From: Octopus vulgaris
Taxonomy: Eukaryota
Length of the DNA stretch: 64,000 nt
Assembly: GCA_951406725.2 (NCBI GenBank)
Contig: OX597824.1
Location: forward strand, 54,808,001-54,872,000
Reading direction: 5' to 3'
The position numbers were made by a program, and so were the translations under genes. The notes below the pieces were generated by a model, which had not been told where the DNA came from, searched no databases, and saw nothing but the letters and a program-made list of their open reading frames with translations. How positions within the stretch are numbered: the stretch's first letter is position 1; each line of letters opens with the position of its first letter. Positions 38,793-51,256 of the stretch are shown piece by piece.

Positions 38793-38865
38793 GTTATGTT
38801 TGAAAAATATAATTTCCATAGTGTGTACATTGCAATTCAAGCTGTTCTAACATTATATGCGCAAG
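38793..38865 (+). CDS. ACTR2: Arp2 coding exon 4 ([25 protein letters not shown])
   Basis: AG/GT-bounded 73-bp exon; its phase-1 end fits the next exon. Confidence 0.96.
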
Positions 38866-39699
38866 GTAAACTATTTCTATCCTTTTTTTTTTCCCACTCC
38901 TATATTGTTTGAGACTGACCTGTTGACTTTTTATCACATTTTCATCTCTTCATGTCTAAATTAAATTAAACGAAATTTTTCCTTCATAAACTAGTGAGTT
39001 TAGAGTTTTTATATATTTGCCTTAATTTTATTGAAATGAAGACCAAATTGAGTATATGGAAGTTGTTTCTGATATGAAGGTACTTGGTTTTAATTTTTGA
39101 TAAGTCTTTATTTCAAATGTTATTTTATTTATTAGCTTTCGATTTGATATTTGAAGCATCAAATTTATCCAACCACTTTTGTTATATCCAGTAAATCTTT
39201 GACCAAACAAATCTAACAATTTGCAACTTTATTTTTTTTATTTATAGGTCAAGTTCACATTTAGTTTCAAATTCAGTAATTTAAAATTTATCTTTATATT
39301 TATCTTGCTGGTCTTCCAAGTTTTCTGAGATTGATACCATTAATATTCCACTTAAGCTATTGCAAGTTGATGACCACAGGAAAGATAAGAGCAGAGAGGG
39401 CATTTGCAAGGACTAATGTTCTAAGGGAAAAAGAATGGGTAGTTGGGCACAATACGGGTGATGAGCGGAGGAAAGGCAAATAAATTAAAAATCTCTTGGT
39501 AGTGGTGGTACAAGAACTGCCAGCTTCTGAGGAGCACTGTAGTTGCAGTGTAAAAGGCAGACACACAGAATGTCTATGGACCAAAGATGGGCTTTATGCC
39601 AATTAGTCAGGTGACATTTCTAAGCGTGTGACCTAGGATCATTGTGCATGCAAAAGCAACACCATCCAAGATGATATGACTGCAGTATTCCATAGTCTC

Positions 39700-41547
39700 A
39701 TCTGAGCTTTGTGGAGAGGTAGTACAACCCACAAATCTTTGAATAAAATGATGTAGTGGGATAGATTGAGATGAATAGTGGTTCTAGCAAGATGGGGCCA
39801 CCCCCACACATCAAATCACTCCCTGGCCTGGTTAAGAGAGCGATTTCAGGAGAGACTGATCAACGGGAAGTGAGACGTTGAGTGGGCACCGCATTCACCG
39901 GACTTGAACCCCACTAGATTTTTATCTGTTGGGGTATCTCAAGGATAATGTTTAGCAGAACAACCCTCAAACGATTGGTGAACTGAAAGCAGCAATCATC
40001 ATCATCATCGTTTAACGTCCACTTTCCATGCTAGCATGGGTTGGACGGTTCGACTGGGGTCTGGGAAGCCAGGTGGCTGCACCAGGCCCAGTCTGATCTG
40101 GCAGTATTTCTACAGCTGGATGTCCTTCCTAACGACAACCACTCCATGAGTGTAGTGGGTGCTTTTTACATGCCACTGGCACAGGTGACCGGCAGGCTAG
40201 CAATGGCCATGATCAGTTGGTGCTTTTTATGTGCCACCGGCACAGAGGCCAGTTGAGGCGGTGCTGGCAACGGCCACATTTGGATGGTTCTTTTACATGC
40301 CACCGGCACTGGTATCACAACTCCAATTTCCATTGATTTTTGATCGATTTCGATTTCACTTGCCTCAACAGGTCTTCGCAAGCAGAGTTTTGTGTCCCAA
40401 GAACGAAAGGTATGCATAAGTGGACTGGCTACATCCCAGGTAGAGGCCACGGGTTATGGCCTCACTTGTCCTGCCGGGTCTTCTCACGCACAGCATACTT
40501 CCAAAGGTCTCGGTCACTAGTCATTGCCTCGGTGAGACCTAATGTTCGAAGGTCGTGCTTCACCACCTTGACCCAGGTTTTCCTGGGTCTACCTCTTCCA
40601 CAGGTTCCCTCAACCACTAGGGTGTGGCACTTTTTCACACAACTATCTTCATCCATTCTCGCCACATGACCATACCAGCGCAAACGTCTCTCTTGCGCAT
40701 CACAACTGATGCTTCTTAGGTGCAACTTTTCTCTCAAGGTACTTACACTCTGTCGAGTATGAACACTGACATTACACATCCATCGGAGCATACTGGCTTC
40801 ATTTCTTATGAGCTTACGCATATCCTCAGCAGTTACGACCCATGTTTCACTACCATGTAGCGTGGCTGTTCGTACACATGCGTCATACAGTCTGCCTTTT
40901 ACTCTGAGCAAGAGACCTTTTGTCACCAGCAGAGGTAAGAGCTCTCTGAACTTTGCCCAGGCTATTCTTACTCTACCAGTTACACTTTCAGCACATCTGC
41001 CCCCGCTACTGACTTGGTCACCTAGGTAATGGAAACTATCAACTACTTCTAGTTTTTCTCCCTGGAATGTGGCGGAAGTTGGTCTCTGCACATTTTCAGT
41101 GTTTATTGCTCCTAAGCATCTGCCACATACAAAAACTATCTTCCTAGTTAGCCTTCCTTTGACATTGCTGCACCTCTTATGTGTCCATAGCTTACACTTG
41201 GTACATCTTATAGAGTTTCTACCCACGCCTTTTCTACAGATTGAGCAGGGCCATCTACCTGAAGGCGTTTGTGATTTGTCTACCTTCCTACTTATTAGGA
41301 CTTTGGTTTTAGCTAGGTTGAGCAGAAATCAGGGAAATCCCCAAAGAGGAATGTGTTCGAGTAATTGACATTTTTGTGTGATGTATGCCATTTGGAGCAT
41401 ATTTTGAAAAGAACATGACTTTTATGCAAAGGGAATGATCATACACAGACCAATGTCTATGTCCAGCAAATTTTTTGAAATTTGCATGACCTTTGTAGGA
41501 TTTAATATATTTTTTATGGGTTCTGTTTTTTAGGAGTTACCCAGTAA
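39700..41547 (+). mobile_element. Decayed Tc1/mariner transposase 3' part, split by an RTE insertion
   Basis: QDGATPHT...EWAPHSPDLNP(L)DFYL..YLKDNV at about 39788-39955, resuming at 41321. Boundaries are approximate. Confidence 0.7.
39995..41320 (-). mobile_element. 5'-truncated RTE-clade LINE
   Basis: ORF 40462-41226 encodes the RTE C-terminus (FHYLGD, LHGSETW, RLRWYGHV, GRGRPRKTW). 3' UTR and (GAT)n tail are present; highly similar to 31547-32870. Confidence 0.93.
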
Positions 41548-42758
41548 TTTTTGGAAGTGAAATATTTTTTGATTCCAATTTGTGAAGTGCATTTCTAGCT
41601 ATATTAAAGAAAAATTGACTGTTAGGCCAAACATTTGGAGTGATCAAAAGAGCTGTGGCTACCAGTGGTATGAACTGAACTGAATTGTTTTCATGGTACA
41701 TGCAGTGCCTTTTTTTTCTTTCCGTTTTTTTGTGGGGGTGAAGACAAGATTGGCTTGACTCTGTTAGGGAATAGTTTTAGATTCTCTGTATCCATATACA
41801 GGGAACCCAAAACTATTCCCTAACAGAGTCAATACAGGTTTTGGTGTGAGGTATTTAGGTTGCATGTGGATAGTGCTTGGGTGAAGATGGTTATGGAAGA
41901 GTGAAAGATGAGATCCTCTGAGTCTGAGTAAGTGTTATTGGGTCATTGGATATAGAAGTTACCATTATGATGACAAAGATTGATAGTTCAAGAGAATGCA
42001 GAGCCAGAGACAGTGCTTTTCTGTAGGGCATCCACCTTACTTCCCAAAATTACAGTATGTTCCTCTGTTAAGAAAGAGACCAAAGGTCTAACTTTGGAGT
42101 GCAGTGTGTGAATGAAATGGAAGGGACATTACTTGTAGCCTTGTTGATTTGAACCATGTGAATCACTGGTTAAAATTGCTCACCTACAAGTTACATCCAT
42201 TTTTCATTTTAAAAGATTGGTAACTTCCTATTGCACTGTTGCAGCCTTTGTTGACAAAGCTCTTTCTATTCTACATTATCAACTCTATCATTCCCCAGTG
42301 TTCAGTTCAGTCCTTCACTCTTTTGTTTATATATCCAATGACCTATTGACAGCCAGGTAAAAGTGGAAACTATATATGCACAGACACCACTTTTCAGAGT
42401 GCAATTTTGAATAAAGGGAGAAGCGTGGACAACAGAGATGGATTTGGGAAATTTGTATCTTGGACAGCATTAAGATGTGAGATGTGTGGGGTCTAGGCTG
42501 AAATGAATTATACAAATGTTAAAAAAGGGAAGAGAGAATTAACCAAACAGATTAATATGGGGAAATGTAAAAAGCGATGGTACATCACAGAAAATACCTG
42601 CTTGAAGACAAATCCAGATGCTTCCAACAAATAAATGCTTGCTAGGTGGTGACATTAAAAAGGTGGTATGATGTGCCTACCTCTCAGAAAAATAAAATGT
42701 TTAATGTAATTTGTCAGAATCAGCTATTTATAAAAATCTTGTTTGTTAATCATTGTAG

Positions 42759-42895
42759 GGTTACAGACAGGAGTAGTTGTGGATTCTGGTGATGGTGTAA
42801 CTCATATTTGCCCAGTTTATGAAGGGTTCTCTTTACCTCACTTAACACGGCGTCTTGATATTGCTGGTAGAGATATTACTAAATATCTTATTAAG
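42759..42895 (+). CDS. ACTR2: Arp2 coding exon 5 ([45 protein letters not shown])
   Basis: AG/GT-bounded 137-bp exon with the phosphate-2 loop DSGDGVTH. Confidence 0.97.
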
Positions 42896-43164
42896 GTATG
42901 TTCACACTACCATTATACTCAATCATTTACTAAGTAATTAAAGTCTAATTTGTTTGAAATACTTGAGATTTTTATCAACATCCTTTTCAGGATCTTGAAA
43001 ATTACATCTGTAAGAGGAACAGTGGCTGTAATATTATTGTTAGATTTCTTGCTCCCCCCACCTCCCTCCCCCTCTCTTTCTTTGATTGTGTTCCTGTGCA
43101 AAGCATACTACTTCATATGTTCCATTCCTTTCTCAACTAGTTTAACCTTTTTTTTCTCCTCCAG

Positions 43165-43314
43165 CTGCTGCTTTTAAGAGGTTATGCTTTCAATCACTCT
43201 GCTGATTTTGAAACTGTTCGTATTATGAAAGAAAAACTTTGTTATGTAGCATATGATGTAGTCCAAGAACAACAACTTGCTCTTGAAACAACCGTCTTGG
43301 TGGAGTCTTATACA
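43165..43314 (+). CDS. ACTR2: Arp2 coding exon 6 ([50 protein letters not shown])
   Basis: AG/GT-bounded 150-bp exon with an Arp2-specific peptide; absent from the ORF track. Confidence 0.96.
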
Positions 43315-43333
43315 GTGAGTATTGCCATTAGTG

Positions 43334-43362
<29 letters not shown>

Positions 43363-43364
<2 letters not shown>

Positions 43365-44089
43365 CATCATCATCATCATTTAGCATCCGCTTTCCATGCT
43401 AGCATGGGTTGGACGGTTCAACTGGAGTCTGGGAAGCCAGAAGTCTGCACCAGGCCCAGTCTGATCTGGCAATGTTTCTACGGCTGGATGCCCTTCCTAA
43501 TGCCAACCACTCCGTGAGTGTAGTGGGTGCTTTTTACGTGCCACCGGTACAGGTGCCAGGCGAGGCTGGCAACGGCCGCAATCGGATGGTGCTTTTTACG
43601 TGCCACCGGCACGGAGGCTAGTCGGGGTGGCACTGGCAACGGCCACGGTCAGGTGGTGCTTTTTATGTGCCACCGGCACGGGGGCCAGGCGAGGCTGGCA
43701 ACAGCCGATCGGATGGTGCTTTTTATGTGCCACCGGCACAGAGGCCAGTTAGGGCGGCGCTGGCAAAGGCCACGATCGGATGGTTCGCTTATGTGCCACC
43801 AGCACTGGTATCACAGCTGCAATTTCCATTTATGTTGATCGACTTCGATTTTGGTTCTGATTTCTGATTTTTTGATTTTCACTTGCCTCAACGGGTCTTC
43901 ACAAGTGGAGTTTTGTATCCCAAGAAGGAAAGGTATGCATAAGTTGACTGGCTACATCCCAGGTAGAGGCCACGGGTTATGGTCTCACTAGTCCTGCCGG
44001 GTCTTCTCACGCACAGCATACTTCCATAGGTCTCGGTCTTTAGTCATTTCCTTGGTGAGACCTAAAGTTCGAAGGTCGTGCTTCACCAC
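43363..44089 (-). mobile_element. 5'-truncated RTE LINE (3' UTR plus last codons)
   Basis: (CAT)n tail, four copies of the ~55-bp UTR module, and the ORF end VVKHDLRTLGL. Confidence 0.9.
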
Positions 44090-44214
44090 ATAGAATGTTA
44101 TGTAAGGTATAAGTTAGAGGTGTTAAACCCTCTAAGAGATAGAAGTATCCAAAGGCACTCCTAGTAATTACCTCAGTAAGTATGGTCTTTGGTATATGGC
44201 AGCAGATATATGGA

Positions 44215-46255
44215 GGATAAGAAAATGGAGGGAAAACAGCAAGTAGAACTGTGTCTGTTGTGCTAAAAACCCATTATTTAATTAATTAAGCAAGGTGAGG
44301 GTAAGAGCGCGTTTACAGCTGTTTCTGTGTACCAAACTTGAGGTAAATAGGTGTTTAACTCGTTGCAAATGGTAGACATCATCAGAACAAAGAAAAAGAA
44401 GGTGGAGATAGACAAAGAGGGGAATAGAGCGAAAGATAGAAAGAGAAATCGGAAAAGAAAAGGTTCAATGATTCAAAAGTCTTACATTTTAGTTGTGTTC
44501 AAGGTTCATTAAATTCATTATGAGGTAATTGAAGAATAGAGGGTGGTTGAATCCGAAGTCTTGTAGGTAGTTATTAGCATGGCTTCCACGTGTCTGCCTG
44601 TTTAGTTAGTTGACCAGTGGTGTAATCTGAAGGAGTTATCCCTAATTATGGATATCTGGTGTGGTTAATAGGAGCTAAGTGTCACTAACATAGGTTGTGG
44701 GTAATTCGTATATTTGCAGAGGAAGCCGAAAATGAGGGTAAAGTTTATATCTAGCATGAGTGCAATTAAGCATGTAAATACAAAGTAATGGAATAATATT
44801 TATGCTTGAGAAGTGCAATGAGAAGTGTAAAGAAAAAGATAGAGGAGGAAATTAATGTGTAAAAGAGTTGGTAGTTCTTGACAGGAAAGAATTATAGGGA
44901 TAAGGTAGACTAGCATAGAAAGTAGCTTAGGTGTATTAGTTATTTATTGATAATGTGGGTTGGAGTAGGCTAGCATAAGATATGTATATTTTTATTTATT
45001 TATGTTGTTGGTTGGATATGTGTAATCTAGTAAGGCTGATAATTAGGTCTGCTAATAACATTTAAGCTAGGAGATAGTGGTGTTTATAGGAATGAGTGGG
45101 TTTAACAAAACTTAGAGAATACAAATCTGCCTTTATGCAGACAAAAAATATTATTTTCATATTTCTTATTGAGTAGCGGTGATTTGGCCACTAATATTAG
45201 TAGTTTTTCTGTTACACAGAACTGACAGCACTTACTGTTAATGGTATAAGACAAAGTTTTTGCTAGGATATGCCATTCTAAGCTATAGTTGATTTTTTTT
45301 TCTTTTATTTCCCAAATGTAGCTACTGTAGAGTTTGCTTTACTTCTATTTCTAAATGCAGATTGGTGGGAATTGTATCTGAGTATCATTTCATTTACATG
45401 GCTTTCATATAAGATTTCGTATGGTTATTTGCAAGTACATCGCATTGGTATATTACGTTTTTTATTTTGCACCTATTGGAGAATTGACACTCATTTCTGT
45501 CTCTAGCCACATAAATTATTTGGTTTATCTGTGCTTATGTTATGTTGAGTGGGGTAATTATTTATCAGGTCTGTGTTTGCGGGTTGGCTATTAGGAACAA
45601 GATTAATTCCATTTGCTTGTTGGCTGTTATGTTTTATACTGGTATTTTTCCTAGTTTTGTAGAAAGTGTCTAGCTTATTATTGTTGATCGAGGCTATGAT
45701 GGTAGCTAGGTTATTAGTAAGGCTGTGGCCTACTCTAATATTATTCTTAAAGATTCCTGAGTATTTGTTATTTAAGTTCAAGTCTTTATCTCTAAATCTC
45801 ATTATGGAGTGAACTATGTTAGATTTAAGCTGCATTGTGTAAGGGATTATTAACCAGATCTTATCGCTATTTCGTTTATTTTTAATATTAATTTTGGTGT
45901 AGAAGCTATCCTCAGTATTCGTATAGAGTGTAAAGTTACTGTTATGATTATTATATTTCTTTCTATAGTTATTTTTATTTCTATTATTGTTAGTGTGGGT
46001 TTTATTGAGGTTATTTCCTGTACGGTTTTCTTAAGTTATATGGCTTGGTGTTATCAATTTTCACTGGGGTTATATTGGTTCTTTGAGGTTCGTTGCTTTT
46101 ATTCTTATTAATATTAAGATTTTTATTATTATTATTGTTAGTTGTGTTAGTATTCTTAATTTTATTATTAATTTTCACATTTTTGGTATTAGTTTTTTAA
46201 TGTTGTTAGTTATCGTAGTTTGAATCTTAGCATTATTTCTACAGATTAATAACAA
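44215..46255 (-). mobile_element. Penelope-like element fragment, left arm of an inverted duplication
   Basis: Reverse complement of 48720-50145; decayed GIY-YIG region; contains a hammerhead motif. Confidence 0.85.
44311..44388 (-). ncRNA. Type I hammerhead ribozyme (Penelope-associated)
   Basis: - strand reads gtt CTGATGA tgtctacca...tggtacaca GAAA cagctg TA aac: full core, palindromic stem III, GUA site, short stem I. Confidence 0.75.
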
Positions 46256-46327
46256 TAATATCAAAAAAAAAATCTGTAGAAATAATGCTAAGATTCAAAC
46301 TAAGATTTGGTTAATAATCCTCTATGC

Positions 46328-48710
46328 CAGGGGTCACCAAACTTTTTTCATGGTAAGCCAGATATAGCTAAAAGAATGCCAAACGCAGGCCAGATAAATA
46401 TTTTGTTCAATTCAGTACAATAGAGAATACACTGAATATACACAAAAAATAAAGACAGTCATCCTATTTATTTATCAATATATAAAATACACAAAATAAT
46501 AAAAACAATAAGCATATTTTAATAATACCAAAATATTTCCAAATTAGAATTTTTAGAATAAGTGCACACATAGCTGAATTGCATAAAAAGTAAGCAGCAC
46601 AAAAGTTAATGAGATTTGTGAAACTGGCATTTTGCTTTCAAAATATCATCAACATTTGCTTTGTGATTGCTGCAGCCAACCATAAGAAATGCTTTCAAGT
46701 GTTCATCAGTGAGCCTTGTTCGATGTATTGACTTCACACACTTCATTTTTGAAAAAGGTCGCTCGCAAACATAAGTTGTTCCAAAAACTGATGCCATACC
46801 TGAGGCAAATTTTTTCAATTTTGAAAACTCATCAGCAGGCAAGCTGTAATAAAATTCAATGAGTTTTCCTTTTGTGTGCTTCTCTTTCAACCAGGTATTA
46901 GCTTGCAAATCAATAAGCTCCAGTTGTAGTTCAGTTGGCATGTTATCAAGATTACAGCCAAAGGGATTCTCAAACAAAAGAATTTCATTCTCAATTCTGT
47001 CAAGATCTGAAAATCTTTGAGTAAAATGCTTATTTAAGTCCTGAATAATTTTTTTCTGAAACTCGAGGTTAATATGTTCCACATTTTCTGTGCAAAACTC
47101 TTGAACACACTGAAAATGAAAGAAGTTTCCTCCTTCAAGTTGTGCTTCAATGATAGCTTTCTCCGAAATGCTGTAATAATTCTGTAGAGATCACAGACAA
47201 GGTTATTCTTTCCTTGCAGTTTTAAATTCAATTCATTCATATGAGAAGTAACATCAACTAAAAATGACAACTTTGATAACCATGAAAGATCTGACAGCTG
47301 TGAATCAGCTCTATTCTTTTCGGTGAGAAAAAGATCTGTTTCTCTTTGGAGCTTATAAAAATGAAACGGGACTTTACCGCAACTGGGCCATCTCGCTTTT
47401 GTGTAGTAAGGCAAGTCACAGAAATTAGAATCCATTTCTTCAAGGAAAGCCTGGAACTATCGGTAATCAAGCCCATGATTCCGAATAAAGTTCACCACAG
47501 TTGTAACTGGTTTTAATATGCAAGAAATATCTAAGTATTTTCCACAGGGTGCTTGCTGATGTATAATGCAGTATATAAACAGAGCTTTCAGAAGTTGAAG
47601 CTCCTCCAAATTGGTCTGGATCCACCCTACCGAACCCTTCCTCACTCCTGCCATGTTTTTCCCTCCATCAGCTGTAACACATCGAAGCTGATTCCATTGA
47701 AGGTTATAGTTTTGCAAAGTTTTCTGCACCTCTATGAAAATATCTTCTCCAGTTGTTGTTCTATGTATACTGCAAACAGATGCCATTTCTCCTATAATCA
47801 CAAAGCTGCAATTAATACCACGAATGAACACAAGTTGTGACGTACTAGTGAGATCAGTAGACTCTTCCATTGCAAGAGAATACCTCAAAATTTTCTCAGA
47901 TTTCTCATGTATCTGTAACTGTATATTCTCTCCAAGTTCTTCCATTCTCCGCACAACTAAACTTGCTGAAAGGCTGATACAGCCAAACATGTTAGCTTTT
48001 TCAGGACACAATTCATTTGCTGCTTCCATCATGCACTCTTTTATAAAGTTTCCGTCAGTAAATGGTTTTCCTTGCTCTGCCAACTTATTCACTATTTTGT
48101 AACTTACACAAATGATAGATTCGTTTTCAACAAACATTTTCATAAAGAAATTCCTTTGAGATTCCAAACTATGTTTCATAGATTCAAATTTCTCGGACCA
48201 CAACTTTCGGGAATATTTAGAATGTGTTGAGAGATGTTTTGCTTCATAGTGACGACAAATATTGTATTCTTTCATAACAGCAACTCTTTTGTTGCATATC
48301 AGGCAACTAGCTTTCTGGTCATTTGTTTCTCCAAAGAAGTACTTTTCTCCCCATTCCTTATTGAAAATGCTACATACACCATCAACCTTTCTCTTCTTAG
48401 TAGCCATAACGATGGGTGAAGGAAAAACAAAAGCAGTCTTAGGCCTTGGCATCAGATATTCTCGTTTTAATTGTAATCACAAATAACTGACTAGCTCGAG
48501 GCACATATGAGGTACTGTAGTAATTATTATGGCGCATGAAATACATAGTGTGTGACATGACTGACTCAGTATACATATGACATGCGTAATCTAAGAAGTG
48601 TAAGAAGCAGTATAAAAGCAAGTTTATTTTTTTCAGCATACGACAGTGGGCCAGACAAATTGATGTCACGGGCCGGATCCGGCCCGTAAGCCATAGTTTG
48701 GTGACCCATG
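46328..48710 (-). mobile_element. hAT DNA transposon (SPIN/GTF2IRD2-like transposase, frameshifted)
   Basis: TIRs caggggtcaccaaact / agtttggtgacccatg; decayed 8-bp TSD ctctatgc / cttttcgc. ORFs 47457-48452, 47034-47435 and 46606-47082 carry a BED-like CLIC..RHYE..H, DGGKNM, CIIHQ, and dimerisation FGTTYVCERPFSKM..RTRL. Confidence 0.93.
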
Positions 48711-48719
48711 CTTTTCGCG

Positions 48720-50145
48720 ATGCAGCTTAAATCTAACATAGTTCATTCCATAATGAGATTTAGAGATAAAGACTTGAACTTAAATAACAAATACTCAGGA
48801 ATCTTTAAGAATAAAATTAGAGTAGTAACCTAGCTACCATCATAGCCTCGATCAACAATAGACGTTTTCTACAAAACTAGAAAAATACCAGCATAAAACA
48901 TAACAGCCAACAAGCAAGTAGAATTAATCTCGTCCCGCAAAAAACACAGACCTGATAAATAATTACCCCACTCAACATAACGTAAGCACAGATAAACCAA
49001 ATAATTTATGTGGCTAGAGACAGAAATGAGTGTCAGTTCTCCAATAGGTAAAAAACAAAAAACGTAATATACCAATGCAATGTATTCACAAATAACCATA
49101 CAAAATCTTATATTAGAGCCATGAAAATTGAAATGATACTTAGATGCAATTCCCACCAATCTGCATTTAGAAATAGAGGTAAAACAAACTCTACAGGACT
49201 TAGTAGCTACATTTGGGAAATAAAAGAAAAAAAAATCAACTATAGCTTAGAATGGCATATCCTAGCAAAAACTTCGTCTTATACAATTAACAGTAAGCGC
49301 TGTCAGTTCTGTGTAACAGAAAAACTACTAATATTAGTGGCCAAATCACCGCTACTAAATAAGAAATATGAAAATAATATTTTTTGTCTGCATAAAGGCA
49401 GATTTGTATTCTCTAAGTTTTGTTAAACCCACTCATTCCTATAAACACCACTATCTCCTAGCTTAAATGTTATTAGCAGACCTAATTATCAGCCTATTAC
49501 CTTTCCTAACCTAACTAGATTACACATATCCAACCAACAACATAAATAAATAAAAATATACATATCTTATGCTAGCCTACTCCAACCCACATTATCAATA
49601 AATAACTAATACACCTAAGCTACTTTCTATGCTAGTCTACCTTATCCCTATAATTCTTTCCTGTCAAGAACTACCAACTCTTTTACACATTAATTTCCTC
49701 CTCTATCTTTTTCTTTACACTTCTCATTGCACTTCTCAAGCATAAATATTATTCCATTACTTTGTATTTACATGCTTAATTGCACTCATGCTAGATATAA
49801 ACTTTACCCTCATTTTCGGCTTCCTCTGCAAATATACGAATTACCCACAACCTATGTTAGTGACACTTAGCTCCTATTAACCACACCAGATATCCATAAT
49901 TAGGGATAACTCCTTCAGATAACTAAACAGGCAGACACGTGGAAGCCATGCTAATAACTACCTACAAGACTTCGGATTCTGATGATGTCTACCATTTGCA
50001 ACAAGGTAAACACCTATTTACCTCAACTTTGGTACATAGAAACAGCTGTAAACTCACTCTTACTTTCATCTTGCTTAATTAAATAATGGCTTTTTAGCAC
50101 AACAGACACACTTCTATTTGTTGTTTTTTTTTTTTTCATTTTCTT
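48720..50145 (+). mobile_element. Penelope-like element fragment, right arm of the inverted duplication
   Basis: ORF 49121-49426 (HQSAFRN..TGLSSYIWEIKE..LEWHIL..RCQFCVTEKLLI..LLNK..CLHK) is a PLE endonuclease C-terminus. Confidence 0.85.
49977..50053 (+). ncRNA. Type I hammerhead ribozyme, sense to the Arp2 intron, stem I eroded
   Basis: tt CTGATGA tgtctacca...tggtacata GAAA cagctg TA aac; predicted cut after 50050. Confidence 0.6.
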
Positions 50146-50977
50146 ATCGTCTAAAATTATATATATATATAAATTGAGATAGGGGTTGTAAATGCAACCC
50201 TCCATGGAATAACATATATCCAATATACTGCTAGTGAAGTACCCAACAAAGTTAATACATAAATGTTAATTATTGCGATGCAATCAATTCATTTACTGTA
50301 TTGTATGGGCAAAGGTAAAATGATTTACCACAAATTACTAATACAAGATAAGAAAATGGAGAAAGATGTATTTCTCCATTTTCTTATCTTGTATATATAT
50401 ATATATACAAATGTATATGCATGCACACACACACACATATCTTGAACAATTTATGTTCAACATGGAAGCAACACAAAATACTTCAAAAGAGCCAGCACAA
50501 ACTATGCTGTGTTGCAGATTCATCTAACCATTGTCTACTTGGAAATACGTAAGTGAAACATGATTAGATTAACAATTAATCTTTTTTAATCCTGTTTATC
50601 TCTAATTAATTTGCTTATAATGCAACATTTCAAAATATTGTTTGTCAGTTGGTCCTTATATTCATTGATTACTTAATCAGTTCAATTTTTGACTTGGATA
50701 TTACCAAATTCAGTTGCTAGTCTCCATTAAAATATTAAATTTAAAACTTATTTTAATGTTAGATTAATACTGAAAGTTTGTGTCCAAATTCTTTTCCACG
50801 AAAATGAAGGTAATGGTTGAACAGTTACAACAATGGTTGTAACTTTGTAACTGATGGAGCTGTATAACTCTTTTTTGATGATATGGTAATTGTCTTCATC
50901 TTTTTTTTTTTACTTACACAGTGTGATATAAATAAGAATAAAAACCTAATCTATTATAAAATGGTTTTATTATATAG

Positions 50978-51256
50978 CTTCCTGATGGTCGAGTTATAAA
51001 AGTTGGTGGTGAAAGATTCGAAGCTCCTGAAGCATTGTTCCAGCCCCATCTAATAAACATTGAAGGTGTTGGTGTTGCCGAATTACTCTTCAATACTATA
51101 CAGGCAGCAGACATTGATACACGCACTGAATTCTATAAACATATTGTGCTGTCTGGTGGCTCAACTATGTATCCTGGCCTTCCTAGTCGTTTAGAAAGAG
51201 AACTCAAACAACTTTATCTTGAACGAGTGCTTAAAGGAAATTCATCAAAACTTTCA
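50978..51256 (+). CDS. ACTR2: Arp2 coding exon 7 ([23 protein letters not shown]...[18 protein letters not shown]...SKLS)
   Basis: AG/GT-bounded 279-bp exon with the adenosine motif [10 protein letters not shown]. Confidence 0.97.

Noticed and set aside
38820-38822. AGT (Ser) where human Arp2 has Gly, editable to GGT
   Set aside because: As I recall, this position varies among Arp2 orthologues, so there is no case for restorative editing.
46606-48452. Domesticated GTF2IRD2/ZBED-like host gene
   Set aside because: Frameshifted across several ORFs and bounded by TIRs and a TSD, so it is a dead transposon.
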